From an uncultured virus (IMG/VR IMGVR_UViG_2061766007_000025) (taxonomy: Duplodnaviria > Heunggongvirae > Uroviricota > Caudoviricetes), in IMG/VR virus record IMGVR_UViG_2061766007_000025: a stretch of DNA of 38,098 nt. One strand, written 5' to 3'. Numbering within the stretch: the first letter of the stretch is position 1; every line of letters starts with the position of its first letter. The notes beneath the pieces are model-generated. The model made no database searches and had not been told where the DNA came from. It worked only from the letters and a program-made list of their open reading frames with translations. Both the position numbers and the translations under genes were made by a program. Shown here piece after piece: positions 19,592-28,325 of this stretch.

Positions 19592-19994
19592 AATTTATAT
19601 CTCTATGAAGTCTCAGTATATAAAGTAATTTGTATATTCTCCTGTGTTAAAACTGTGAGTTACTGGTCAAGAGCCTTAATAACTACAACATAATCTGCAA
19701 AGATAAGTGTGATATGTTGCGAAAGCAGAAAAAATATTAAGGATGAGTATATGGTTAAATCCTAAGTACTTATTAACAAGCCAGCGTACAGTTACGAAAT
19801 ATCTATTTATATAGATATACGTCTAACGACTATCCCTTAGCGAGGGAGTAAAGCCGCAAGCTAATGGCGGAAGAAAAATCCAGCTCCTTTATTTTTATAT
19901 AAAGGATGTACATATAGTCTGGTCACGTCTTGTAATGAGAGTGATTGTGGAAATGACCACAAATTATAGAGTTGCGCCTATAATTAAACTAAAC

Positions 19995-20816
19995 GGTTTC
20001 GGTGTTTCTGTTATACAGCGTTTATGTAAGACTAGTGTAAAGAAAAATCTTTATTGGAGTATTAAAGACAAAGTTATAGAAGAAACTTTTAATGGTATAA
20101 GATCTGTTAAAAAGACTGCTAAAGTTAGAATATATGGTCTTGATTCGAATAGAGAAGTTCGTGCTAGACTTATAGAAATTCTATATGACCGTGTTCAATA
20201 TCATAAAGATAAATTTATATGTCCTTTATTACATCATGAGATGGAATGTATGGAAGTTAAAAAGAATGGTAAGGTTGAACATAGTGATACTACTCATGAC
20301 GATCAAGTATTTTCTTATCTTATGGCTATGTATGTATGGTATGATGGTGAGAATTTAGCTGAGCGTTATGGAATTCAAAAGAATACTATTAAAACAGATG
20401 AAGATGAAGAAATAGAAGAAGCTGAATATCAAGATCAATTAGAAGCTAGAGCTAAATTAGATATGTCACAAATAGATTATGAAGAAAATAATCCAGAATT
20501 AGCTGAAGCTTTAACTATGATTGAGAATGATAAGTTTATTGATGCTAATATGTTTGCTGATCAGAATAGAATATTAGAGATGCAACAAAGAGAAACTATG
20601 CTTGCTTCTAATAGACAGTTAAGAGATGCGTATTGTAAAGAAACAGGAGTAGATCCTTCTATGTATGGTGCTGTAGATATGAATGTAAATCTTAATACAG
20701 AACTTCCTGATACTTTATTCTTGGATTTAGATGATGATTTATTAGATCCTAATACACCTCTTAAAGTAGATTCACATGTTCAGGGTAATATGGCTGAATG
20801 GTGGAATATACTATAA
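19995..20816 (+). CDS. terL: terminase large subunit, exon 2
   Basis: GFGVSVIQRL…GKVEHSDTTHDDQVFS completes the nuclease domain; the track's start at 19935 lies inside the intron. Confidence 0.88.
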   Translation, partial: GFGVSVIQRLCKTSVKKNLYWSIKDKVIEETFNGIRSVKKTAKVRIYGLDSNREVRARLIEILYDRVQYHKDKFICPLLHHEMECMEVKKNGKVEHSDTTHDDQVFSYLMAMYVWYDGENLAERYGIQKNTIKTDEDEEIEEAEYQDQLEARAKLDMSQIDYEENNPELAEALTMIENDKFIDANMFADQNRILEMQQRETMLASNRQLRDAYCKETGVDPSMYGAVDMNVNLNTELPDTLFLDLDDDLLDPNTPLKVDSHVQGNMAEWWNIL

Positions 20817-20826
20817 CATAAAAGTA
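20815..20826 (+). promoter_or_regulatory. AR9-type late promoter AACA-N6-TA
   Basis: AACA TAAAAG TA overlapping the terL stop codon. Confidence 0.5.
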
Positions 20827-20858
20827 AAGGAAAAAAGAGACAAGTGGAGGGGTGTTTT

Positions 20859-20888
20859 ATGTTTATCATAGGATGCTTCTTTGTGTAA
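20859..20888 (+). CDS. putative 9-aa hydrophobic peptide MFIIGCFFV
   Basis: GGAGGGGTG RBS then ATG TTT ATC ATA GGA TGC TTC TTT GTG TAA, between a promoter motif and a terminator. Confidence 0.35.
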   Translation: MFIIGCFFV

Positions 20889-20923
20889 TCTTATTCTTTT
20901 GAAACTTTTCTTTCATATAGTTA

Positions 20924-20969
20924 ACAAAATATTGGAGTAGAGTCTGCGAACTCTACTCCAATATTTTGT
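20924..20969 (+). terminator. intrinsic (bidirectional) terminator
   Basis: 19-bp perfect stem ACAAAATATTGGAGTAGAG/CTCTACTCCAATATTTTGT. Confidence 0.8.
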
Positions 20970-20988
20970 CAGAATATATTATTATCAG

Positions 20989-21000
20989 AACAAAACGATA
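20989..21000 (+). promoter_or_regulatory. AR9-type late promoter AACA-N6-TA
   Basis: AACA AAACGA TA upstream of the gene at 21059. Confidence 0.6.
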
Positions 21001-21058
21001 AAGAATGCTTAAATGTTAAGCATTTAATATCTTTTTATAAGAGAGGAGTAATTGTATT

Positions 21059-21811
21059 ATGAGTGCAATCGGATCAATAGATACAGATTCTGCGATTGGA
21101 TCAATTCTTTCTAATTTTTCTTCTGAATATATCATTCATGTTATGGAGGATTCTCTTAATATGAGATTTAGACCTTTTATGGATGGTATGCCTAATATGC
21201 CAGATATATTAGAAAGACAGTTTAATCTTATTAGACAGAATGCTAAAGATTATACAGAAAATGTAGAAGATGTTAGAATTGCTACATACAGTGAGATTAT
21301 AAATATGATTTGTAAGTATTATGGTCTAATATTTAATGGTGATATTAATTCTATGGATTCTATGGAAGTTTATGGTATTGCTAGAACATTGTATGATATA
21401 TTTGTTGCTAGATTTACTGATTATATGTTTGATTTCTTTGTATCATATATAGTAAACAATGCTGATAGTATTTATGCATATTTAGCAAATGATCCTAATG
21501 CTAAGAAGCCTAGAGAGAATTCATCATATCCTTCTAAGAATTATATAGACCCTAAGTTTATTTCCATTCATGCTAATATGAACCAGGTTATTTATAATAT
21601 GGCTTCATATGATATTCCTTTACAGGAATTATTATCATATTTTTGCGATCCTACAACAGCTAATAGATTAGGAGAACTCTTAGAAGATCATAATGATATA
21701 TTTAAAAATCATTATGCTTTTTATATTACTAATCCTATCACTACAGCAGATATAGTTACTAATATTAAATTAAAATTACAAGCTAAGACTCAAGAAGCTA
21801 TGCAGCTTTAA
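21059..21811 (+). CDS. hypothetical protein (late region)
   Basis: 250-aa ORF, GAGGAG RBS. Confidence 0.75.
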   Translation: MSAIGSIDTDSAIGSILSNFSSEYIIHVMEDSLNMRFRPFMDGMPNMPDILERQFNLIRQNAKDYTENVEDVRIATYSEIINMICKYYGLIFNGDINSMDSMEVYGIARTLYDIFVARFTDYMFDFFVSYIVNNADSIYAYLANDPNAKKPRENSSYPSKNYIDPKFISIHANMNQVIYNMASYDIPLQELLSYFCDPTTANRLGELLEDHNDIFKNHYAFYITNPITTADIVTNIKLKLQAKTQEAMQL

Positions 21812-21837
21812 TATAACAAAGGAAGGATAATTGTATA

Positions 21838-23043
21838 ATGGATAATAATGAGAATACTAAACTTACAGATGAGCAAGTAGAACAGATTCTTGAAGTTATG
21901 GATGATAATCTTAAAGAATCAGAATCTTTATCTACTATTGCATCATTACCTTCTAATAATGGAGTAGAAGAATCTACTTCTAAAGAAACAGGATCTATGA
22001 AGAAAGTTAAAGTTACAGTAGACCCAGTTACAGGAGAACATGCTATAGTTGGTGGTATGGATGAAGAAGATGGTACTGGTGATAATGAAACTTTCGAGGA
22101 GATGTGTGCTAGACTTGAAAATGAATTAGATACAGATTCTGTTATGAGTTCTCCTCTTACTAAAGATGACATGAGTGCTTATGTTAATAATAAAGACAAT
22201 AAGCAATTTTCTATGTTATCTAGTATTCAAGATGAATTAACAGATGAAGAAATAATGAAACTTCTTGAAATTACTAATAGAAGAATTGCCAAAGAAGAAT
22301 TCAATATATATAAAGAGTTTCCAGAAAAGATTCAAAATCTTATAGATGATTATGCTGGAAGATCTGGCGTTACTGATAGAAATACTTATAACAGACTTAG
22401 AAATGCTGTATCTGATTCTATTATAGACGAATTCATCACTAATATTAAGATGGAAAAAGCTACTGTAGATCTTAATAAAGAAATTGAAACTTTATTTGAA
22501 AAAGGATCTGGAGAAATTGCTGATACTATCATTGGTTATACTAAAGAACGTAATGAAAAGTATAGAGAATATGCTAATGGTTTAGATGATGAAGATAAAA
22601 AAGAAAAACTCAATGGTGTACTCGATAGTATAGAAGAAGCTTATAATCTTACACAACTTAAAGAATTTGCTAAGAAGTGTAAGATTAAAAAGATAGAAGT
22701 AGAGAAACCTGATAGACAGCATAATATTATAGATTCTTTCTTAAGAGCATATGATGGAAGCAAATATAATATTTATAATATCTATAGTGCTGAATCCATT
22801 CTTGCTAGACATTTTAAAGAAGAGTTTACTATTAAAGATATTAGAGCTTTCTTTATCTTATTCTGCAAGCAGTGCTTAAATTATTCTCCTAATGATGCTT
22901 TACAACATGCATATATGTACTATGTAATGTACAATATTGTACTTGTAGACGTTAATAAAGGAAACAGTAAGGAAGTTTCAGATAAGTTCTTAGATAATAT
23001 TAGAGAAGTTATTAATAATCTTAAAGTGAGAAACAATATATAA
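21838..23043 (+). CDS. hypothetical acidic helical protein (late region)
   Basis: 401-aa ORF co-transcribed with the previous gene. Confidence 0.75.
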   Translation: MDNNENTKLTDEQVEQILEVMDDNLKESESLSTIASLPSNNGVEESTSKETGSMKKVKVTVDPVTGEHAIVGGMDEEDGTGDNETFEEMCARLENELDTDSVMSSPLTKDDMSAYVNNKDNKQFSMLSSIQDELTDEEIMKLLEITNRRIAKEEFNIYKEFPEKIQNLIDDYAGRSGVTDRNTYNRLRNAVSDSIIDEFITNIKMEKATVDLNKEIETLFEKGSGEIADTIIGYTKERNEKYREYANGLDDEDKKEKLNGVLDSIEEAYNLTQLKEFAKKCKIKKIEVEKPDRQHNIIDSFLRAYDGSKYNIYNIYSAESILARHFKEEFTIKDIRAFFILFCKQCLNYSPNDALQHAYMYYVMYNIVLVDVNKGNSKEVSDKFLDNIREVINNLKVRNNI

Positions 23044-23050
23044 AATTTAA

Positions 23051-23085
23051 GGGATAGGTGGAAAACACCTATCCCCATTTTATTT
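23051..23085 (+). terminator. intrinsic terminator
   Basis: GGGATAGGTG/CACCTATCCC stem plus T-run; variant promoter AACT TTATAA TA follows at 23089-23100. Confidence 0.85.
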
Positions 23086-23153
23086 GCGAACTTTATAATA
23101 AATGAATCAATTTCATTGGTAAGAAAAATATTTTAGAATTGGAGGTACACCTA

Positions 23154-23666
23154 ATGTTAATGGATATAAAATGTTCTGCTGCTATCTCTATTGACTTAAA
23201 GCTCACTTTTGATGATGGGTCAATTAAATACAGAAATGTAGCAGTTGGTGATCTCATTGATGTAGACTTTAACAAGAACGGGGTAAGGATTCATACTATC
23301 GGTAAAGTATTTAAGATAGTAGCTGAAGGAAGTAATCCTGAAGCTTGGGCTATTTATCTTGATTCTAGTGATGACTTCTCTGGTACACAGTATAGATTTG
23401 CTCCTACTGCAATTCTTGATCTTGAAGTCATTATGAAGAAGGATGCCACTAAGTATATTGCTACTACAAATGATTATACATCTATTTGTGCCCTTAGAGT
23501 TGTTAGGGGAAGATTACAGTATACTCAGGATGGCATAAACTGGTTCCCAATAAGATTTGATCATAGTAGTTTAATTAAAGATGAAGAGGGAACAGTTCCT
23601 GAATTTCCAGGTCATCCTCATCCAGATAACAACGATGATGATGTTATCAGGGATGAAGAGCAATAA
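23154..23666 (+). CDS. hypothetical beta-rich protein, probably virion-associated
   Basis: ATG 23154 after GGAGGT; LQYTQDGINW segment as seen in fibre proteins. Confidence 0.65.
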   Translation: MLMDIKCSAAISIDLKLTFDDGSIKYRNVAVGDLIDVDFNKNGVRIHTIGKVFKIVAEGSNPEAWAIYLDSSDDFSGTQYRFAPTAILDLEVIMKKDATKYIATTNDYTSICALRVVRGRLQYTQDGINWFPIRFDHSSLIKDEEGTVPEFPGHPHPDNNDDDVIRDEEQ

Positions 23667-23694
23667 AAAAATATTATGAAAGGAGAAAATAGAC

Positions 23695-25131
23695 ATGGTG
23701 AACGATTTTTTTAGTACTAAGGAAATCCTCCCAAAGCTCTGGTTACAATATATTCAGAAATACTGGGAGAAAAAGATTCCTACAGACTATCCAGAAAGTT
23801 CTAGTGAGTTTTCTTTTATCTATACAGAAGAAGAAAAAGATGCTATAGAAGAGATGGAAAAGAACCTTGATACTGAAGAATCTATCATTTCCCCAGAAGT
23901 AGTTCCAGAGCATAGTGCTGTATGGACATATGTTGGTACATATAATGTTACTGGTACTGCTGGTGAAAGAACACTTCTTTGCCCTCAGCAGATTCCTGAT
24001 ACTGCAGTTGGTGCTGCTTGTTATCATTATGATGATGAATCAGGTGAGTGGAATCTTATAGAAGGTACAGAAGTTGTTGATGGATATGTATGGGGAACTC
24101 TTGAGTCATTTAGTCCTATTTGTACAGTTACATTTAGACGTGATTCATATGTAGATGATTCACAGGCTCAGTTCAAAGGTCCTGTTTATGTATGTAATGG
24201 TGTTCCTACAAAGGTTTATAAAGAAGATGATAAGATCATTGCTGAATCTATGTATGGAAAGAAGACAGAGATTGATTCAACATATTATGTTATAGGTGGT
24301 ACATATGATGGTACTAGTGTAGATTCTACAAGTCTTTATGTAGAATGTGTAACTCTTAAGAAAGTTGTTGGTGGTTCTTATTATTTTGGTGACAAAAAGA
24401 CTTCATTTAAGAATCATATCAATACTATTAAGATGACATTAAAAGATGTTACTACAACTTCTGCAATTACTGGTGCTGGTGTATGGTGTAGTGCTGATCT
24501 TGTTGAGATTTCTGCAGAGAATGTTACATCTAATGGTCTTGGATGTGAAGAAGCTTATTGTGGCGGATTCTTCTCTAATGAGACTCTTGATGATTCTGCT
24601 AAGCGTCTCGGATCTAATCAGTATGTAAAGAAGTCTATCATTAAGGTTAAGAACTCAAATATTGAAGTTCTTTATACTGCGGGTGATAATGGCCATTCTT
24701 ATACAAAAGATGCTGAGCTCTATGTAGATGGTGGCAAATATGAATGGTTATGTTGTGGACAGTCTAATGGTACTGTAGATAACTGCTATCTTTATGTAAA
24801 GGATGCTGAAATACATTATCTTAATACAAATAATAGAGGTTATTATGGTTCTGGTAGAACTATTCTTGATAACACTAAGGTAGTTAAACATTATGTATTG
24901 GGTGATCTCGAAGATGGAGTTACTGCTGATGTATTAGGAAAAGTTAAACTTGAAATCAATAAGGGTTGCAAGGTTAATAATTTCTATGTTGGTTCAGTAC
25001 TTGGTGTTCCTGTAGCCTCGGCAGAAGTTGCTGATAAGTATGTAGAGTATGTAAAGATCTCTAGAGATGCTGATGTTACTTATGCTAATAATTCTAATAA
25101 TATTCTGGTAGATGTATTGGCAATTAAGTAA
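23695..25131 (+). CDS. putative virion surface protein with beta-helix-like C-terminus
   Basis: YHYDDESGEW…VDGYVWGTLESFSP module resembling Firmicute surface-protein domains; Gly-rich beta repeats. Confidence 0.5.
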   Translation: MVNDFFSTKEILPKLWLQYIQKYWEKKIPTDYPESSSEFSFIYTEEEKDAIEEMEKNLDTEESIISPEVVPEHSAVWTYVGTYNVTGTAGERTLLCPQQIPDTAVGAACYHYDDESGEWNLIEGTEVVDGYVWGTLESFSPICTVTFRRDSYVDDSQAQFKGPVYVCNGVPTKVYKEDDKIIAESMYGKKTEIDSTYYVIGGTYDGTSVDSTSLYVECVTLKKVVGGSYYFGDKKTSFKNHINTIKMTLKDVTTTSAITGAGVWCSADLVEISAENVTSNGLGCEEAYCGGFFSNETLDDSAKRLGSNQYVKKSIIKVKNSNIEVLYTAGDNGHSYTKDAELYVDGGKYEWLCCGQSNGTVDNCYLYVKDAEIHYLNTNNRGYYGSGRTILDNTKVVKHYVLGDLEDGVTADVLGKVKLEINKGCKVNNFYVGSVLGVPVASAEVADKYVEYVKISRDADVTYANNSNNILVDVLAIK

Positions 25132-25155
25132 TAATAAAACTGGAGGTGAGTATAC

Positions 25156-25653
25156 ATGCCTAATACTAATGTACCTCCAGTTGGACCTGTTAAAAAGTCA
25201 AAACCTTTACAATTAAAGCGTGGTACTTCCAGAGCATTCTATAAATGGAATGGTGTACTCTTAGAAGGGCAACCCGCTTTTGAAATAAATACACAAAGAT
25301 TAAAAATTGGTGACGGGCACACCAAATATAATGATCTTAAATATATTGGTGAAGGTGATGGTAAATCTGCTTATGAAATTTGGTTAGATCAAGGTCATTC
25401 AGGTACCGTAGAGGATTTTCTAGATTCATTAATTGGACCTCCAGGAAAATCTACTTATGAGCTCTGGCTGTCTTTGGGTAACGAAGGTACTATAGCAGAT
25501 TTTATTGATTCATTGATAGGTCCAGTTGGACCAAAGGGAAAGTCAGCTTATGAAGTATGGCGAGATGACTATATGCATGATCCTTCTTTAACAATAGAAG
25601 ATTATGTAATATATAATAGAACATACTCATGGGCTGATATTGATGAAGCATAA
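25156..25653 (+). CDS. Mtd_N-like domain protein with GKSAYE repeats (fibre/decoration)
   Basis: LKRGT…LLEGQPAFE..T..LKIGDG.T.YNDL, then three GKS(A/T)YExW repeats joined by GPxG linkers. Confidence 0.75.
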   Translation: MPNTNVPPVGPVKKSKPLQLKRGTSRAFYKWNGVLLEGQPAFEINTQRLKIGDGHTKYNDLKYIGEGDGKSAYEIWLDQGHSGTVEDFLDSLIGPPGKSTYELWLSLGNEGTIADFIDSLIGPVGPKGKSAYEVWRDDYMHDPSLTIEDYVIYNRTYSWADIDEA

Positions 25654-25711
25654 TTAGGAGATTATAAATCTCTAATTATATAAAATTTTTTTTATAAGGA
25701 GGAAACTTATT

Positions 25712-26923
25712 ATGTCATATACTCAGATTCTTCGTCAGGGTACGTATGCGCAGTATTTAACATCTACAAAAGATGCCAATTTACTGTTTTTCTGTACAGA
25801 TAATGGTAAGCTTTTTAAGGGTGAAGTAGATTTTACTAATAGTTTTGTTAGTGTTACATCTTCTACACTTCCACAGGCTGGTGTTCCTGGAAAGATTTAC
25901 TATGAGACAGATACCAATAAGTTTAAGACATATATTGGGTCAGCATATATCGACATTACATTCCCTATTGATACTGAAGCTAGTGCAGCTATCAGTTCAG
26001 AGTCAGATGAGAACCATGTTCCTACATCTAAGAATGTTTACGAATATGGTCAGGATATCCTTTCTGCTGCTATCGGTGGATCAGCTGTTGTTAAGTCTGT
26101 TGCTGCTGGCGATGATGCTGCAGAGCTCGTAGTTACATCTGGTGATGATACACCTACTGATGTTGTAGTTCCTGGAGTACTTACAGGTGTTGCTGCTGGT
26201 TCAAATGCTGCTCAGATCGCTATTACAAACTCTACAGCTGCTTCAAGTGGTAACGTAACAGTTCCTGGAGTTATTACAGCTGCCGCTGCAGGTAATAGTG
26301 CTGGTCAGATCGATTTTACAAATTCTACATCTGCTTCAAGTGGTTCTGTAACTGTTCCTGGAGTAATTACTGGTCTTGCAATGGCTTCTGGTGCAAATAC
26401 AGATGGTGTTCTTAGTATTACTAAGACAACTGGTAATGCTGAAACTCTTACCATCAATGGCGTTGTTACAACACCTACATGGAATAGCACAACCAGAACA
26501 CTTACACTTCCTGTAAATGGTGCTCAGAATCCTGTTGTTGTTGATATTGGTAAAGATCTTGTACTTGAGTCAGGTAGCTATGATCCTTCAACAAAGAAGC
26601 TCATCCTCGTTCTTAATGATGAAGAACAGACAGAGATCGAAATTGATGTATCTGATCTTGTAGATGAGTATACAGCTGGTAATACTTCAACTGTTGAGAT
26701 GTCATTATCTAACAGCAATGAGTTTACAGCTAATGTACGTATCGATCAGCATAGTGGAAACGCTATCACAGTAGCTAACGATACTGGTGAAGGTGCTGGC
26801 AAGGTTGCAGGTGGTCTTCGTGTTGATCTTAGTTCATATGCACTTGATGCAGATCTTCAGGCTCTTGCTGCTGCATTTACATGGGGTTCATTCCCTCAGC
26901 CTGAACCAGATCCAGAACCATAA
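25712..26923 (+). CDS. fibre/decoration protein with 31-aa internal repeats
   Basis: 403 aa, Ala/Gly/Thr/Val-rich; VPGV(L/I)T repeats; SGSYDPSTKKLIL…IDVSDLVDEY motif. Confidence 0.7.
   Translation: MSYTQILRQGTYAQYLTSTKDANLLFFCTDNGKLFKGEVDFTNSFVSVTSSTLPQAGVPGKIYYETDTNKFKTYIGSAYIDITFPIDTEASAAISSESDENHVPTSKNVYEYGQDILSAAIGGSAVVKSVAAGDDAAELVVTSGDDTPTDVVVPGVLTGVAAGSNAAQIAITNSTAASSGNVTVPGVITAAAAGNSAGQIDFTNSTSASSGSVTVPGVITGLAMASGANTDGVLSITKTTGNAETLTINGVVTTPTWNSTTRTLTLPVNGAQNPVVVDIGKDLVLESGSYDPSTKKLILVLNDEEQTEIEIDVSDLVDEYTAGNTSTVEMSLSNSNEFTANVRIDQHSGNAITVANDTGEGAGKVAGGLRVDLSSYALDADLQALAAAFTWGSFPQPEPDPEP
26168..26380 (+). repeat. 93-bp period coding tandem repeat
   Basis: GTTCCTGGAGT at 26168, 26261 and 26354. 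Confidence 0.8.
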
Positions 26924-26967
26924 GGTGACTGATTATAAGTTCTAAATAGTATTTGATACTTAAGATT

Positions 26968-26999
26968 GTAGGAGGGAGTGTACTCCCTCCTACTTTTTT
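26968..26999 (+). terminator. intrinsic terminator
   Basis: GTAGGAGGGAGT/ACTCCCTCCTAC stem plus T6. Confidence 0.9.
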
Positions 27000-27035
27000 A
27001 AAATTTATTATTTGATTTTTGAGGAGGATGTATTT

Positions 27036-27380
27036 ATGAGCACATCATACGAACAACTCTTTATTCGTGGTCCTATAGCAAATATACCATCTATTAGTGA
27101 TGGAAAGATCTTACTTACAACTGATGCTCAAAGATTATTTATAGATTATGGAAATAATACAAGAATAGAAATCACAGATTTTGTAAAAGGCTTAACTAAA
27201 GCAAATATATTATCAGTTCAATCTCCTCTTGATAAATTTTATCTTTCTTCTGATACTCATGAGTTTATGTACTATACTGGTAGTGCATGGATTAGTTTAA
27301 ATCCAGCTCAGGATTCTGATTATGGTGATGAAGATGATGGATATATACCACCTTCAAATAATGAAGAAGAAACAACTTAA
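27036..27380 (+). CDS. small fibre-associated protein
   Basis: ATG 27036 after GAGGAGG; DGKILLTTDAQRLFID resembles the N-terminus of the 25712 protein; C-terminal DYGDED. Confidence 0.65.
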   Translation: MSTSYEQLFIRGPIANIPSISDGKILLTTDAQRLFIDYGNNTRIEITDFVKGLTKANILSVQSPLDKFYLSSDTHEFMYYTGSAWISLNPAQDSDYGDEDDGYIPPSNNEEETT

Positions 27381-27440
27381 AATGAATATAAAAAGCCTTA
27401 TTAAGGTTTATACATAAATTCTGTACTAATTAACAAAAAG

Positions 27441-27452
27441 AACATTGGTATA
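27441..27452 (+). promoter_or_regulatory. AR9-type late promoter AACA-N6-TA
   Basis: AACA TTGGTA TA. Confidence 0.65.
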
Positions 27453-27487
27453 ATGAACGGTTGTTATCTAAGGAGGATTGTGAATTT

Positions 27488-27916
27488 ATGTCATATGCTA
27501 AAATATGTCCTAGACGAAGTACTAAGACAAAATGGGAATTAGACAACCCGATTCTTCTTAGTGGAGAAATGGGAATTGAAAACCCAGATACTGGTACAGG
27601 TACTGGGTTGGTAAAAATAAAATTTGGAGATGGAATTACTCCTTGGAATGACCTTCCTTATGGTCTTGACAGTGAATCTGCAAGAGCTATATATGGTGGA
27701 ACTGTTACTACATCATGTGATATATGGATTAGAACAGGTACTACTGCAGAATGGGAAGCTGAAGATCCTATATTAGGTATAGGAGAAATAGTATTTGATA
27801 TTACAGCCGAATCTATCAAAGTCGGAGATGGAGCTAAACATTTTACTGAATTAGATTATATAGGAGCTAATGGTAATAATGATTTCGATTTTGGTGATGA
27901 GGATGCTATCATATAA
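27488..27916 (+). CDS. tandem Mtd_N-like domain protein
   Basis: ATG 27488 after AGGAGG; two copies of R..T..W...P.L..GE.......K.GDG.....L.Y; C-terminal DFGDED. Confidence 0.75.
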   Translation: MSYAKICPRRSTKTKWELDNPILLSGEMGIENPDTGTGTGLVKIKFGDGITPWNDLPYGLDSESARAIYGGTVTTSCDIWIRTGTTAEWEAEDPILGIGEIVFDITAESIKVGDGAKHFTELDYIGANGNNDFDFGDEDAII

Positions 27917-27974
27917 AAAATAAAATTCATTTTTCAATATATAAAATAATAATTAACTCTTAGGAGGTGTTTAA

Positions 27975-28274
27975 ATGAATACTGAAGCACTTAAACCTCG
28001 TAGAGGAAAACGATCTACAATGATAGCTAAAGATGTTGTATTAAGAAATGGTGAGATTTTCTTTGAGGTTCCTGAAACAGGTGTAGGCACTGGCCCTGGT
28101 TTAATTAAGATGGGTGATGGTACTACTACATATGAGAATCTTCCTTACTTTACACAGAATTCAGATTCTAATTCTTTAGTAATTGTAGATGATAGAGATT
28201 CTGCAGAATATAGTATGTCATTTTCTATTAGTTCTACAGGATATCCTGTTGCTACATTTACTCCAATATCATAA
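27975..28274 (+). CDS. single Mtd_N-like domain protein
   Basis: PRRG…VLRNGEIFFE.PETGVGTG..LIKMGDGTTTYENLPY; paralogous to 27488. Confidence 0.75.
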   Translation: MNTEALKPRRGKRSTMIAKDVVLRNGEIFFEVPETGVGTGPGLIKMGDGTTTYENLPYFTQNSDSNSLVIVDDRDSAEYSMSFSISSTGYPVATFTPIS

Positions 28275-28325
28275 ATAAAGATACTATAAATACATAATAT
28301 TTCCTTAAAGGAGGTTTATAATACT

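Larger units (their letters stand above)
18934..19994 (+). mobile_element. group I intron (IA2-like) in terL carrying an HNH homing endonuclease in L1; boundaries +/-1 nt
   Basis: Stem GGAGATATAAATT (18944-18956) / AATTTATATCTCT (19592-19604) loops out the HNH ORF. P2; P4 ACTGT/ACAGT; R GTCTAACGACTATC (19821-19834); P7.1, P7.2; P8; S CATATAGTCT (19911-19920); P9 hairpins. Splicing gives IERNG-GFGVSV. Confidence 0.9.

Noticed and set aside
19935..19994. Independent start MRVIVEM… for a 293-aa protein
   Set aside because: Lies in intron P9 helices without an RBS; the downstream part is terL exon 2.
25156..28274. DGR inferred from Mtd_N domains
   Set aside because: Mtd_N is a generic fibre N-terminal domain; no C-type lectin variable region, template repeat or RT is present here.
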